Below are positions 17,568-24,451 of a stretch of DNA of 39,877 nt, piece by piece. A program made the position numbers and the translations under genes. The notes beneath the pieces were generated by a model. That model was not told the origin of the DNA, did no database searches, and worked only from the letters and a program-made list of their open reading frames with translations. This DNA comes from Minisyncoccota bacterium (GTDB lineage: Bacteria; Patescibacteriota; Minisyncoccia; Minisyncoccales; CSSED10-335): NCBI GenBank assembly GCA_028701035.1, contig JAQVRO010000002.1:30226-70102 (forward strand), written 5' to 3'. The first letter of the stretch is position 1. Each line of letters begins with the position of its first letter.

Positions 17568-18347
17568 ATGAAAAACAAAATATTTTTAGTTAGTGTGTTG
17601 GTGCTATCTTTTTCTTTTATTGGTAGCGTTGAAGCTATGAATCAAAGTAGTGGTAATAAAGGGGTGGTTATGGAGGATCGTCCATCACCACAAAACGAGG
17701 TTGTTGACCAGGTTCAAGGAAATCAGGGTGAAGGACAAGTTAATAGAAAGGATCAAGTTGGAACAAGTACTTGGATTAGTCCAGAAGTTCCAATGCAGGA
17801 AAGAGAACAAGAGAGAGAGCAACAAAGATCGCAAGACATAGTGAGAATTGATGAGCAAGGCCCTCAACACAACGACCTTGTCAGAATTGAGACCAATCAA
17901 GCAGAACAGCCAGAGCTAGATAGTCAGGATGCAACACAAAGAAGAAGTCGGGTTGCTAATGCTGTTCAAGAAATGTTGAATGTTGCAGAGAGGAATAGTA
18001 ATTTAGGTCAACAAATCAGAGTTATTGCTCAAAGTCAAAATCAAAATCAAGAAAAAGTAGATGCTAACTTAGAGAGAATCCAGAGCAGAAGTCGTATTCT
18101 TAGGTTTTTTATTGGCCCCGATTATAATGAGATAAATAATGCCAATGGTATTCTAGAGCAAAATAGAGAGCAAATTGAGCAATTAAATCAGATTAAAAAT
18201 CAAATTACAAATCAGAGTGACCAGCAACAATTAGCTGAACAGATTCAAGTCTTAGAACAAGCTAATTTGCAAATAGAAGAATCTTTAATTCCTGAGCAAA
18301 GAAAGTTTAGTCTTTTCGGCTGGCTATTTAGGTCTTTCGCTAATTAG
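17568..18347 (+). CDS. Secreted Gln/Glu/Asn-rich coiled-coil protein.
   Basis: The signal peptide is MKNKIFLVSVLVLSFSFIGSVEA. The body is low-complexity and Q/E/N-rich, with a repeated D(I/L)VRI(D/E) motif and a hydrophobic C-terminus. Confidence 0.6.
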   Translation: MKNKIFLVSVLVLSFSFIGSVEAMNQSSGNKGVVMEDRPSPQNEVVDQVQGNQGEGQVNRKDQVGTSTWISPEVPMQEREQEREQQRSQDIVRIDEQGPQHNDLVRIETNQAEQPELDSQDATQRRSRVANAVQEMLNVAERNSNLGQQIRVIAQSQNQNQEKVDANLERIQSRSRILRFFIGPDYNEINNANGILEQNREQIEQLNQIKNQITNQSDQQQLAEQIQVLEQANLQIEESLIPEQRKFSLFGWLFRSFAN

Positions 18348-18375
18348 TTTTTTAGGCACACATATTTTGCACCTT

Positions 18376-18401
18376 GATTAACTCCTCATCTGGAGTTAAT
18401 C
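18376..18401. repeat. Perfect 10-bp inverted repeat GATTAACTCC-TCATCT-GGAGTTAATC.
   Basis: Read directly. It lies between the 17568 gene and the ABC-F promoter. The flanking T run is weak (TGTTT). Confidence 0.7.
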
Positions 18402-18414
18402 TGTTTAAGGCACC

Positions 18415-18443
18415 TTCCCATTTTCCCCAAATCATGGTATTCT
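18415..18443 (+). promoter_or_regulatory. Candidate promoter TTCCCA-17 nt-TGgTATTCT (extended -10).
   Basis: The -10 box ends 7 nt before the ATG at 18451, and there is no SD. Confidence 0.4.
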
Positions 18444-18450
18444 CTCAAGC

Positions 18451-19914
18451 ATGACTGGAAACGAATCAATTCTTAGTTTCAAAAAGGTATCATTTGAATA
18501 TTCAGGGAATAAGCCTATATTAGATGAGGTTGATTTTTCTATACGCCGAGGAACAAAAACAACTATTATGGGACAAAATGGAGCGGGTAAGAGCACTATA
18601 TTCAAATTAATCACTAAAGAAAATGAGCCAGAAGACGGTGTTGTAAATATTGCAAGCAATCTTTCAATTGCTATCTCTCGTCAAGTAATCCCACAAGAAG
18701 AATTAAAGCTTACTGTTAAAGAATTTTTTGAGAAAGCAATGTCAAACTGCTCTATAAAAAAGATTTATAATATTGACCCTAAGATAGATGAGGTGCTAGA
18801 AGCGGTTAACTTTGAAGCACCGCATGATAAAGTTATTGGTTCTTTTTCTGGCGGACAACAATCAAGATTACTTCTTGCCTCTGCTCTTATTCAAAACCCA
18901 GACTTGCTTTTATTAGACGAACCAACTAATAACCTAGACAGAGCGGGGATAGAACATCTTACAAAGTTTTTAATTGATTACAATAAAACTTGCATTGTTA
19001 TCTCTCACGATACCAATTTACTAAATAGTTTTACAGACGGAGTTTTGTATTTGGACATTTTTACCAGAAAGATAGATCAATATAGGGGAAACTATTTCGA
19101 TGTAAGAGACCAAATAATCGCCCGTCAAGAAAAAGAAAAAAGCAAGAACGCTCAACTAAAAAAGGAGATAATAGAGAATAAAGAGAAAGCCAACTTCTTT
19201 GCTAAGAAAGGAGGTAATATGCGTCTTGTCGCTAAGAAAATGAGAGAAAAGGCACAAGATGCCGAAGAAAGCATTGTTGGACTAAAGAGGGAGGATAAGA
19301 CAATTCATCCTTTTGTTATTTCTTCGCAAAAAGACATTAAAGGGGAAATAGTTAATATCTCTAGTTTTAAGATTCTAAAAAACAACAAGTTAGTACAAAA
19401 AAAGACGAATGTAGAGATTAGAAGAAACGAGCACCTTTTACTTCGGGGTCCTAATGGTATTGGGAAAAGCACTCTTTTGGAATCTATTGCAAAAAACGAA
19501 GCCGAGGGAACTAGAATAGCTTCTGGTGTGAATATTGGATATTATCGCCAGGATTTTTCAAACTTGAATTTTAAAGATACAGTATATAAATCTCTTTTAA
19601 TGGCTTCTCAAAAACATACAGAAGCTGAAATGAGAAAAATAGCGGCCGGTTTCCTTATCACAGGCGATGTGATTAATTCAAAGATTGAAGAGTTATCAGA
19701 GGGCCAAAAAGGACTCCTTTCATTTGCAAGGCTTGTTTTGCAAGAGCCCGGGCTTCTTATCTTGGACGAACCTACAAATCATATAAACTTTCGCCACATT
19801 AATGTTATTGCAGAAGCATTAAATAAATATGATGGGGCAATGATAATAGTTAGCCATGTGTCAGATTTTATAGATAAAATTCGCATTGATCATTATTTAG
19901 ATTTGGAGAAGTAA
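18451..19914 (+). CDS. ABC-F family ATPase (two ABC cassettes, no TM domain).
   Basis: Each cassette has Walker A, signature and Walker B motifs: GQNGAGKST / FSGGQQSRL / LLLDEPTNNLD and GPNGIGKST / LSEGQKG / LILDEPTNHI. A charged linker joins them. Confidence 0.85.
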   Translation: MTGNESILSFKKVSFEYSGNKPILDEVDFSIRRGTKTTIMGQNGAGKSTIFKLITKENEPEDGVVNIASNLSIAISRQVIPQEELKLTVKEFFEKAMSNCSIKKIYNIDPKIDEVLEAVNFEAPHDKVIGSFSGGQQSRLLLASALIQNPDLLLLDEPTNNLDRAGIEHLTKFLIDYNKTCIVISHDTNLLNSFTDGVLYLDIFTRKIDQYRGNYFDVRDQIIARQEKEKSKNAQLKKEIIENKEKANFFAKKGGNMRLVAKKMREKAQDAEESIVGLKREDKTIHPFVISSQKDIKGEIVNISSFKILKNNKLVQKKTNVEIRRNEHLLLRGPNGIGKSTLLESIAKNEAEGTRIASGVNIGYYRQDFSNLNFKDTVYKSLLMASQKHTEAEMRKIAAGFLITGDVINSKIEELSEGQKGLLSFARLVLQEPGLLILDEPTNHINFRHINVIAEALNKYDGAMIIVSHVSDFIDKIRIDHYLDLEK

Positions 19915-20005
19915 CATCAAAGTGATTGGGGTATTTTTCTAGCTAAACTACTTCTCCTTTCTGGACCCTAGATTAAGTATTTTCTAATCCAGTAATGAGC
20001 ATTGT

Positions 20006-20091
20006 ATTAAGGATGTCGGATTAAGGAGCTTAGCTCCTTAATTATGGAAGATGAGCATGAAATTCAAGCTATCGTTGCGTTGGACAAGACT
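20006..20091 (+). repeat. Composite intergenic element, copy 2. It has an ATTAAGGA direct repeat, the hairpin TTAAGGAGC-TTA-GCTCCTTAA (20021-20041), a TTCAAGCTAT box and CGTTGCGTTGGACAAGACT (20073-20091).
   Basis: It aligns to 1-95. A degenerate extra unit (CTAGATTAAG...CTAATC) lies at about 19967-19990. Confidence 0.7.
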
Positions 20092-20096
20092 TATTG

Positions 20097-20124
20097 TTGA
20101 CATATAGAATAATTTGGATATAAT
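20097..20124 (+). promoter_or_regulatory. Promoter TTGACA-16 nt-TATAAT.
   Basis: Both hexamers are consensus. The -35 lies 5 nt downstream of the conserved box, the same spacing as in copy 1. Confidence 0.55.
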
Positions 20125-20132
20125 TAACCATA

Positions 20133-20198
20133 ATGATTATTACCATACAAAACAAATTCTTTTTTAGCCCCGATATTCGCGGTGCTTGTTTGGTGTAG
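20133..20198 (+). CDS. Candidate leaderless mini-ORF / leader peptide MIITIQNKFFFSPDIRGACLV (21 aa).
   Basis: The ATG lies 8 nt after the -10 box. Three consecutive Phe codons sit immediately 5' of the terminator's left arm, and the stop codon lies in the terminator loop. It is too short to assess statistically. Confidence 0.3.
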   Translation: MIITIQNKFFFSPDIRGACLV

Positions 20199-20244
20199 AT
20201 AATAAAACCAGAAGGGCCCCGCGAATACGGGGCTCTTTTTGTTT
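20166..20244 (+). terminator. Strong intrinsic terminator / attenuator hairpin in the leader of the ATP-grasp operon.
   Basis: AGCCCCGATATTCGCGG (20166-20182) pairs with CCGCGAATACGGGGCT (20219-20234). That gives 16 bp with one bulge. CTTTTTGTTT follows. Confidence 0.65.
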
Positions 20245-20250
20245 GGCGGT

Positions 20251-20282
20251 CGATTCTTTTGTTTTTTAGAGTAAAAGAATCG
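20251..20282 (+). promoter_or_regulatory. Second leader hairpin CGATTCTTTT-N12-AAAAGAATCG.
   Basis: It is a perfect 10-bp stem with no U tract. It lies 45 nt upstream of the ATG at 20328, which has an AAGGTGA SD. Confidence 0.45.
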
Positions 20283-20327
20283 GCTTCTAAACGAGGTCGG
20301 TATAGTTCTTTAACAAGGTGATGCTAT

Positions 20328-21476
20328 ATGATTAGAATACATAATCCAATTATGGCTCTTCCCGGGTTTTCGTTTCCTGGAATAGAGGCCTACAGTACTC
20401 GTGCCATGACTGATGTTGGCGGGATTACTATAGTTGCCGATTGTGGCAACAAAGAATCGTTGTTAGATGCACTTGAGTATTACAATTCTATTGGTCTGGG
20501 ACCCGAAGAGCTATTGTTTGTTAGCGCTCCCAATGGAGATATTTATCATTCAATATTAAAGGACAAGGCATTAAAAAGAGAGATATTCTCTTTAGCTTCA
20601 GAGGGTCACAAGATTGAATTCTTTTGTACTCGTGGAGACATAGAGAGTAACTTTATCAAATCTCTAGGCCTAGATTGGTCGGACACTGTTTCTTTGCCCT
20701 GTCGTTTTGCTGATAGGTGGAATAATAAGAGCAACTTAAGAAGGGTGGCTATTAAAAACAATCTTGATTACTTGTTCCCAGTATTTAGTATTATTGAGAA
20801 TGGTAATATTGATTTAGGCATTACTAAAAGATTCTCCGAGGTTGTGGTAAAGCCACCACTTTGGGCTTCGGGGCAAGGAATGGTATTTGGTAGTGGGCCT
20901 GGTGTTATTGATGAGTATCGTTCTTTGCATGGTAAAATTCCCAAAGACACTATTATCGAAGAGTCTTTAGGTGAGCATACGCCAATGTCTGTAGTCGCTC
21001 GAATTAAGAAGGGTGTTGTTGCTGATAAGTGGTACACTGAACAACATTGTCCGCGTAGCGGAAAATTTGTTTCCCACACGGGTTCTGTCTTGGGAGATAT
21101 GCCTAATATTACAAAACAAGACCAATGTTGGATGGATAGTGTTCTCAACGCTTTTTTAAAAATCATGGTTAAAGAGAATCCTACTATTACTGGAATTGTT
21201 AACTTTGACTGTGCCAAAAATAGCAATGGTAATTATGTTTTGGAGTGTAATTCTAGGATAACTTTTTCAACATATATTAGAGAGATTCAGAAGGCAATGG
21301 GTAATAGGACCTGCATTTTTCATCGTCTGGAGACAAGCGCTAGAAGCTTTAAAGACTTAAAGTTGAAAGATGATATTATACCAATTGTGCCTGGGTGTCT
21401 CAATAGTGGTTATTGCTACATTGTGGTTGTGGCTGATTCATATAGTGAAGCGATAGACAAGGCGAGAGGTATTTAA
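20328..21476 (+). CDS. ATP-grasp fold ligase-like protein.
   Basis: The 382 aa product has VVVKPPLWASGQGMVFG (phosphate-binding-loop-like), IIEESLGEH and a C-terminal YVLECNSRITFST (E-x-N metal site context). The substrate is unknown. Confidence 0.6.
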   Translation: MIRIHNPIMALPGFSFPGIEAYSTRAMTDVGGITIVADCGNKESLLDALEYYNSIGLGPEELLFVSAPNGDIYHSILKDKALKREIFSLASEGHKIEFFCTRGDIESNFIKSLGLDWSDTVSLPCRFADRWNNKSNLRRVAIKNNLDYLFPVFSIIENGNIDLGITKRFSEVVVKPPLWASGQGMVFGSGPGVIDEYRSLHGKIPKDTIIEESLGEHTPMSVVARIKKGVVADKWYTEQHCPRSGKFVSHTGSVLGDMPNITKQDQCWMDSVLNAFLKIMVKENPTITGIVNFDCAKNSNGNYVLECNSRITFSTYIREIQKAMGNRTCIFHRLETSARSFKDLKLKDDIIPIVPGCLNSGYCYIVVVADSYSEAIDKARGI

Positions 21477-21507
21477 AACTTTCGCCTTTTATTATATAGT
21501 ATTAAAT

Positions 21508-22227
21508 ATGAGGTATTTTGAATCTTTTAAAAACATTAATTCACCTATAATATTTACTTGCGAGCATGCATCTAGCTCTATACCGCCAGAATATGATAAT
21601 TTAGGATTAACCAAGAATCAATTAGAAAGGGCTAAAGATCTTTTTGACCCCGGAGCATTGGATTTAGCAATATTCTTAAATAAAAAAATACCCAGTAGTT
21701 TAATTTATCCTCTCTTCTCTAGATTGTTTATTGATGCTAATAGGAATATTGGTTCTTCAAATTATAATAATAAGCACCATGCGCCAGCTCTTAAAACGGA
21801 GCTTTTGCTTGACGATAACCTAATTCCTATACCTGGAAACTTAGATGCCGATGAGGCTCTAAGATGGAACGAATATGTAAAACCTTATTATTCATACGTT
21901 AAGGATCTATCTCAATCTCTTTTAGAGAAATTTGATAATGTCTATTTATTCCAAATCCATTCTTTTTATCCTGAGTATGGTGGAGAAATAAGAAAAGAAG
22001 ACATTGGCATAATACATAATAATTTGGAGGTAGCTAAAAAGATAATTAAAGAAATAGATGGTCTAGAAGTTGGAGATAACAAACCATGGGGTATGAAGGC
22101 TGTTGGTGGCGGAGTTTTTCATAATTTAGATAATATAAATGTTATTGGGATAGATGTGAACAATAAGCATTTAGACTCTCCAAATAATATTGGAAATATT
22201 TTGTGTAAAGTTTTAAAGAATTTATGA
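21508..22227 (+). CDS. N-formylglutamate amidohydrolase (FGase, PF05013-like) family hydrolase.
   Basis: The family-typical motifs are IIFTCEHASSSIP, FSRLFIDANRN and LFQIHSF. Confidence 0.7.
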   Translation: MRYFESFKNINSPIIFTCEHASSSIPPEYDNLGLTKNQLERAKDLFDPGALDLAIFLNKKIPSSLIYPLFSRLFIDANRNIGSSNYNNKHHAPALKTELLLDDNLIPIPGNLDADEALRWNEYVKPYYSYVKDLSQSLLEKFDNVYLFQIHSFYPEYGGEIRKEDIGIIHNNLEVAKKIIKEIDGLEVGDNKPWGMKAVGGGVFHNLDNINVIGIDVNNKHLDSPNNIGNILCKVLKNL

Positions 22228-23492
22228 CTCAAGAAGAAGCGTTACAAATTTTAAAAAGTGGACGGAGTGTTTTTTTAACTGGGCCCGCAGGAAGTGGAAA
22301 GACTTATGTTCTTAAGGAATATATAAGATTTCTTAGAAAGGAGAAAAAGCCAGTCGGGATTACTGCCTCTACTGGAGTTGCCGCTACACACTTAAATGGT
22401 ATGACTATACATTCATGGACAGGTATGGGTATTTTGGATACTCTTACTAAGAACGATTTATCAAAGATTATGCGCAAAAAGAACGTTAAATCGCGTATTT
22501 GTAACTCACATGTATTAATTATCGATGAGATTTCTATGCTTTCTGCTGGGAGCATAAATATTGTAGAAGAAATTATGCGCAAGACTCGTGGATCTTGGGA
22601 TCCTTTTGGAGGAATACAGGTAATTCTTTGTGGCGACTTCTTTCAACTCCCTCCTGTAAATAGAAGTGGAATAGAATCTATGGGTCAGTTTGCTTATCAT
22701 TCGCGTGCCTGGCGAGAACTTAATCCAGATGTGTGTTACCTTACAGAGCAGTATCGTCATCAAGATCAAGATTATATAAAGGTTTTAAATGCCATTAGAA
22801 CTAATAGTGTTGATAATCAAATAATAGAGATTTTGAATCAAAGAATTAAATCGGGGTCTAATGGAGGAACCAACCTATATACTCATAATGTTGATGCTGA
22901 TAAAATAAACGATAGGGAACTTGCTAAATTAGATGATAAAGAGGTTGTATTTCATATGCATAGTTCTGGGCCAACTGCTCTAGTAAATGTACTCTACAAG
23001 AGTTGCCTTGCCTCTGAAGTTTTAATTCTTAAAAAGGGAGCATTTGTGATGTTTTTGAGAAATAATTTTGAAGAGGGTTATGTAAATGGCACTTTTGGAG
23101 TTGTGGATAGCTTTGATAACGAAGGATGCCCTGTTGTGCGCACTAACCAAGGACGATTTATTCATGTTTTGCCTGAGGACTGGAGAATTGAAAACGAATC
23201 TGGGAAATTATTAGCTAGTATCACTCAATTACCCTTGCGTTTAGCGTGGGCGATTACGATTCATAAGAGTCAAGGAATGACTATTGATACTGCCGAAATG
23301 GATTTGTCTAAATGTTTTGAACCGGGAATGGGTTATGTAGCACTTTCTCGAGTGCGGACACTAAAAGGCATATCTTTGCGTGGCATTAACCAAATGGCTC
23401 TTAGGGTAAGTCCCGAAGTTGTGGATATGGATAAGGATTTTAGGCTTCTCTCAGAGCAGGTAGTAAAGGGGCTTCATAAGAAGGTTGAGTAA
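22224..23492 (+). CDS. Pif1/RecD-like SF1B DNA helicase.
   Basis: It has GPAGSGKTY (Walker A), IIDEISML (Walker B), ILCGDFFQLPPV, ITIHKSQGMTID and YVALSRVRTLKGISL. Its start forms an ATGA overlap with the FGase gene. Confidence 0.8.
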   Translation: MTQEEALQILKSGRSVFLTGPAGSGKTYVLKEYIRFLRKEKKPVGITASTGVAATHLNGMTIHSWTGMGILDTLTKNDLSKIMRKKNVKSRICNSHVLIIDEISMLSAGSINIVEEIMRKTRGSWDPFGGIQVILCGDFFQLPPVNRSGIESMGQFAYHSRAWRELNPDVCYLTEQYRHQDQDYIKVLNAIRTNSVDNQIIEILNQRIKSGSNGGTNLYTHNVDADKINDRELAKLDDKEVVFHMHSSGPTALVNVLYKSCLASEVLILKKGAFVMFLRNNFEEGYVNGTFGVVDSFDNEGCPVVRTNQGRFIHVLPEDWRIENESGKLLASITQLPLRLAWAITIHKSQGMTIDTAEMDLSKCFEPGMGYVALSRVRTLKGISLRGINQMALRVSPEVVDMDKDFRLLSEQVVKGLHKKVE

Positions 23493-23494
23493 TC

Positions 23495-23536
23495 TGTTCA
23501 AGCTATAAAACATAGTGTTCAAGCTATGGAAAATAG
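23495..23536 (+). repeat. Tandem 21-nt direct repeat x2 (TGTTCAAGCTATAAAACATAG / TGTTCAAGCTATGGAAAATAG).
   Basis: Identity is 18/21, read directly. The core TTCAAGCTAT also occurs in copy 2 (20063-20072). Confidence 0.8.
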
Positions 23537-23561
23537 TTGACAGTTAATTAATCTTAATTTT

Positions 23562-23657
23562 AAGGAGCCTAGATTAAGGCGCCCGGCGCCTTAATGGAAA
23601 GGAGCCTAGATTAAGGCGCTCGGCGCCTTAACGGAAAGCGTTGCGTTGGATAATACT
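23562..23657 (+). repeat. Composite intergenic element, copy 3. It has a 37-nt unit duplicated in tandem (23562-23598, 23599-23635), each with the hairpin TTAAGGCGC-NNN-GCGCCTTAA, followed by the box CGTTGCGTTGGATAATACT (23639-23657).
   Basis: The units differ at 2 positions. The stem carries a compensatory A:T to C:G change relative to copies 1 and 2. Confidence 0.8.
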
Positions 23658-23661
23658 TTTC

Positions 23662-23690
23662 TTTGCACAAAATTTTAAAAATGCTATAAT
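23662..23690 (+). promoter_or_regulatory. Promoter TTTGCA/TTGCAC-16/17 nt-TATAAT.
   Basis: The -10 box ends 6 nt before the ATG at 23697, and there is no SD. Confidence 0.5.
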
Positions 23691-23696
23691 GGAAGT

Positions 23697-24449
23697 ATGT
23701 CAAAATACTATAATCCAAATAGGGCTAGTAATAAATATATTCCTGACTCTAACCAACAATTTCGTATCAGTAGAAGTAAGATAGATTTGTTTCTAGAGTG
23801 TCCGAGATGTTTCTATCTAGATCGAGCGCTTGGTATTGGCCGTCCTCCCGGATATCCGTTTTCTCTTAATTCGGCTGTTGATGCTTTACTTAAAAAAGAG
23901 TTTGATTCTCATCGAGAAAGATCAACGCCACATCCTTTAATGGAAGAATATGGAATAAAGGCAATTCCTTTTCAGCACGAAAAAATGGAAGAATGGAGAG
24001 ATTCTTTAAGAAGGGGTATTACTTATCTTCACCAACCAACAAACTTAGTAATTACTGGAGGAGTAGATGATGTTTGGGTAGACCCTAAGGGCGAATTAAT
24101 TATTGTGGATTATAAGGCAACTTCTAAAAATGGCGAGGTTAGTATTGATGCCGAATGGCAAGATTCTTATAAGAGACAAATGGAAGTCTATCAATGGCTT
24201 TTTAGACAGAACAACTTTAGAGTATCTAATACGGGATATTTTGTGTACTGCAATGGAGATGCTGATCGCGAAGCGTTTAATAATACTTTGAATTTTGATA
24301 TTAAAGTAATCCCTTATGAGGGTAATGATTCTTGGATTGAAAATACAATTCACGAAATTCATAATTGTCTTAATTCTAAGAGTCTGCCCGAACCAGGGGA
24401 CGATTGCGATTTTTGTAAATATCGCAATGCAGTTAAAATATTAGAATAA
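23697..24449 (+). CDS. PD-(D/E)XK nuclease superfamily protein (RecB/Cas4-like) with four Cys.
   Basis: It has GGVDDVW...LIIVDYKAT (D...D/E-x-K), QMEVYQW (QxxxY), and CPRC near the N-terminus plus CDFC near the C-terminus. Confidence 0.7.
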   Translation: MSKYYNPNRASNKYIPDSNQQFRISRSKIDLFLECPRCFYLDRALGIGRPPGYPFSLNSAVDALLKKEFDSHRERSTPHPLMEEYGIKAIPFQHEKMEEWRDSLRRGITYLHQPTNLVITGGVDDVWVDPKGELIIVDYKATSKNGEVSIDAEWQDSYKRQMEVYQWLFRQNNFRVSNTGYFVYCNGDADREAFNNTLNFDIKVIPYEGNDSWIENTIHEIHNCLNSKSLPEPGDDCDFCKYRNAVKILE

Positions 24450-24451
24450 AA

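Noticed and set aside
20768-21226. A 152-aa minus-strand ORF inside the ATP-grasp gene as a possible antisense or toxin gene.
   Set aside because: It lies entirely within the plus-strand ORF that carries the ATP-grasp motifs. It has no upstream promoter-like sequence and no recognisable domain.
23562-23635. The tandem 37-nt palindromic repeats could be a tiny CRISPR array.
   Set aside because: There are only two units, directly abutting with no spacer between them, and no cas genes nearby. The units belong to the promoter-associated composite element seen at 1-95 and 20006-20091.
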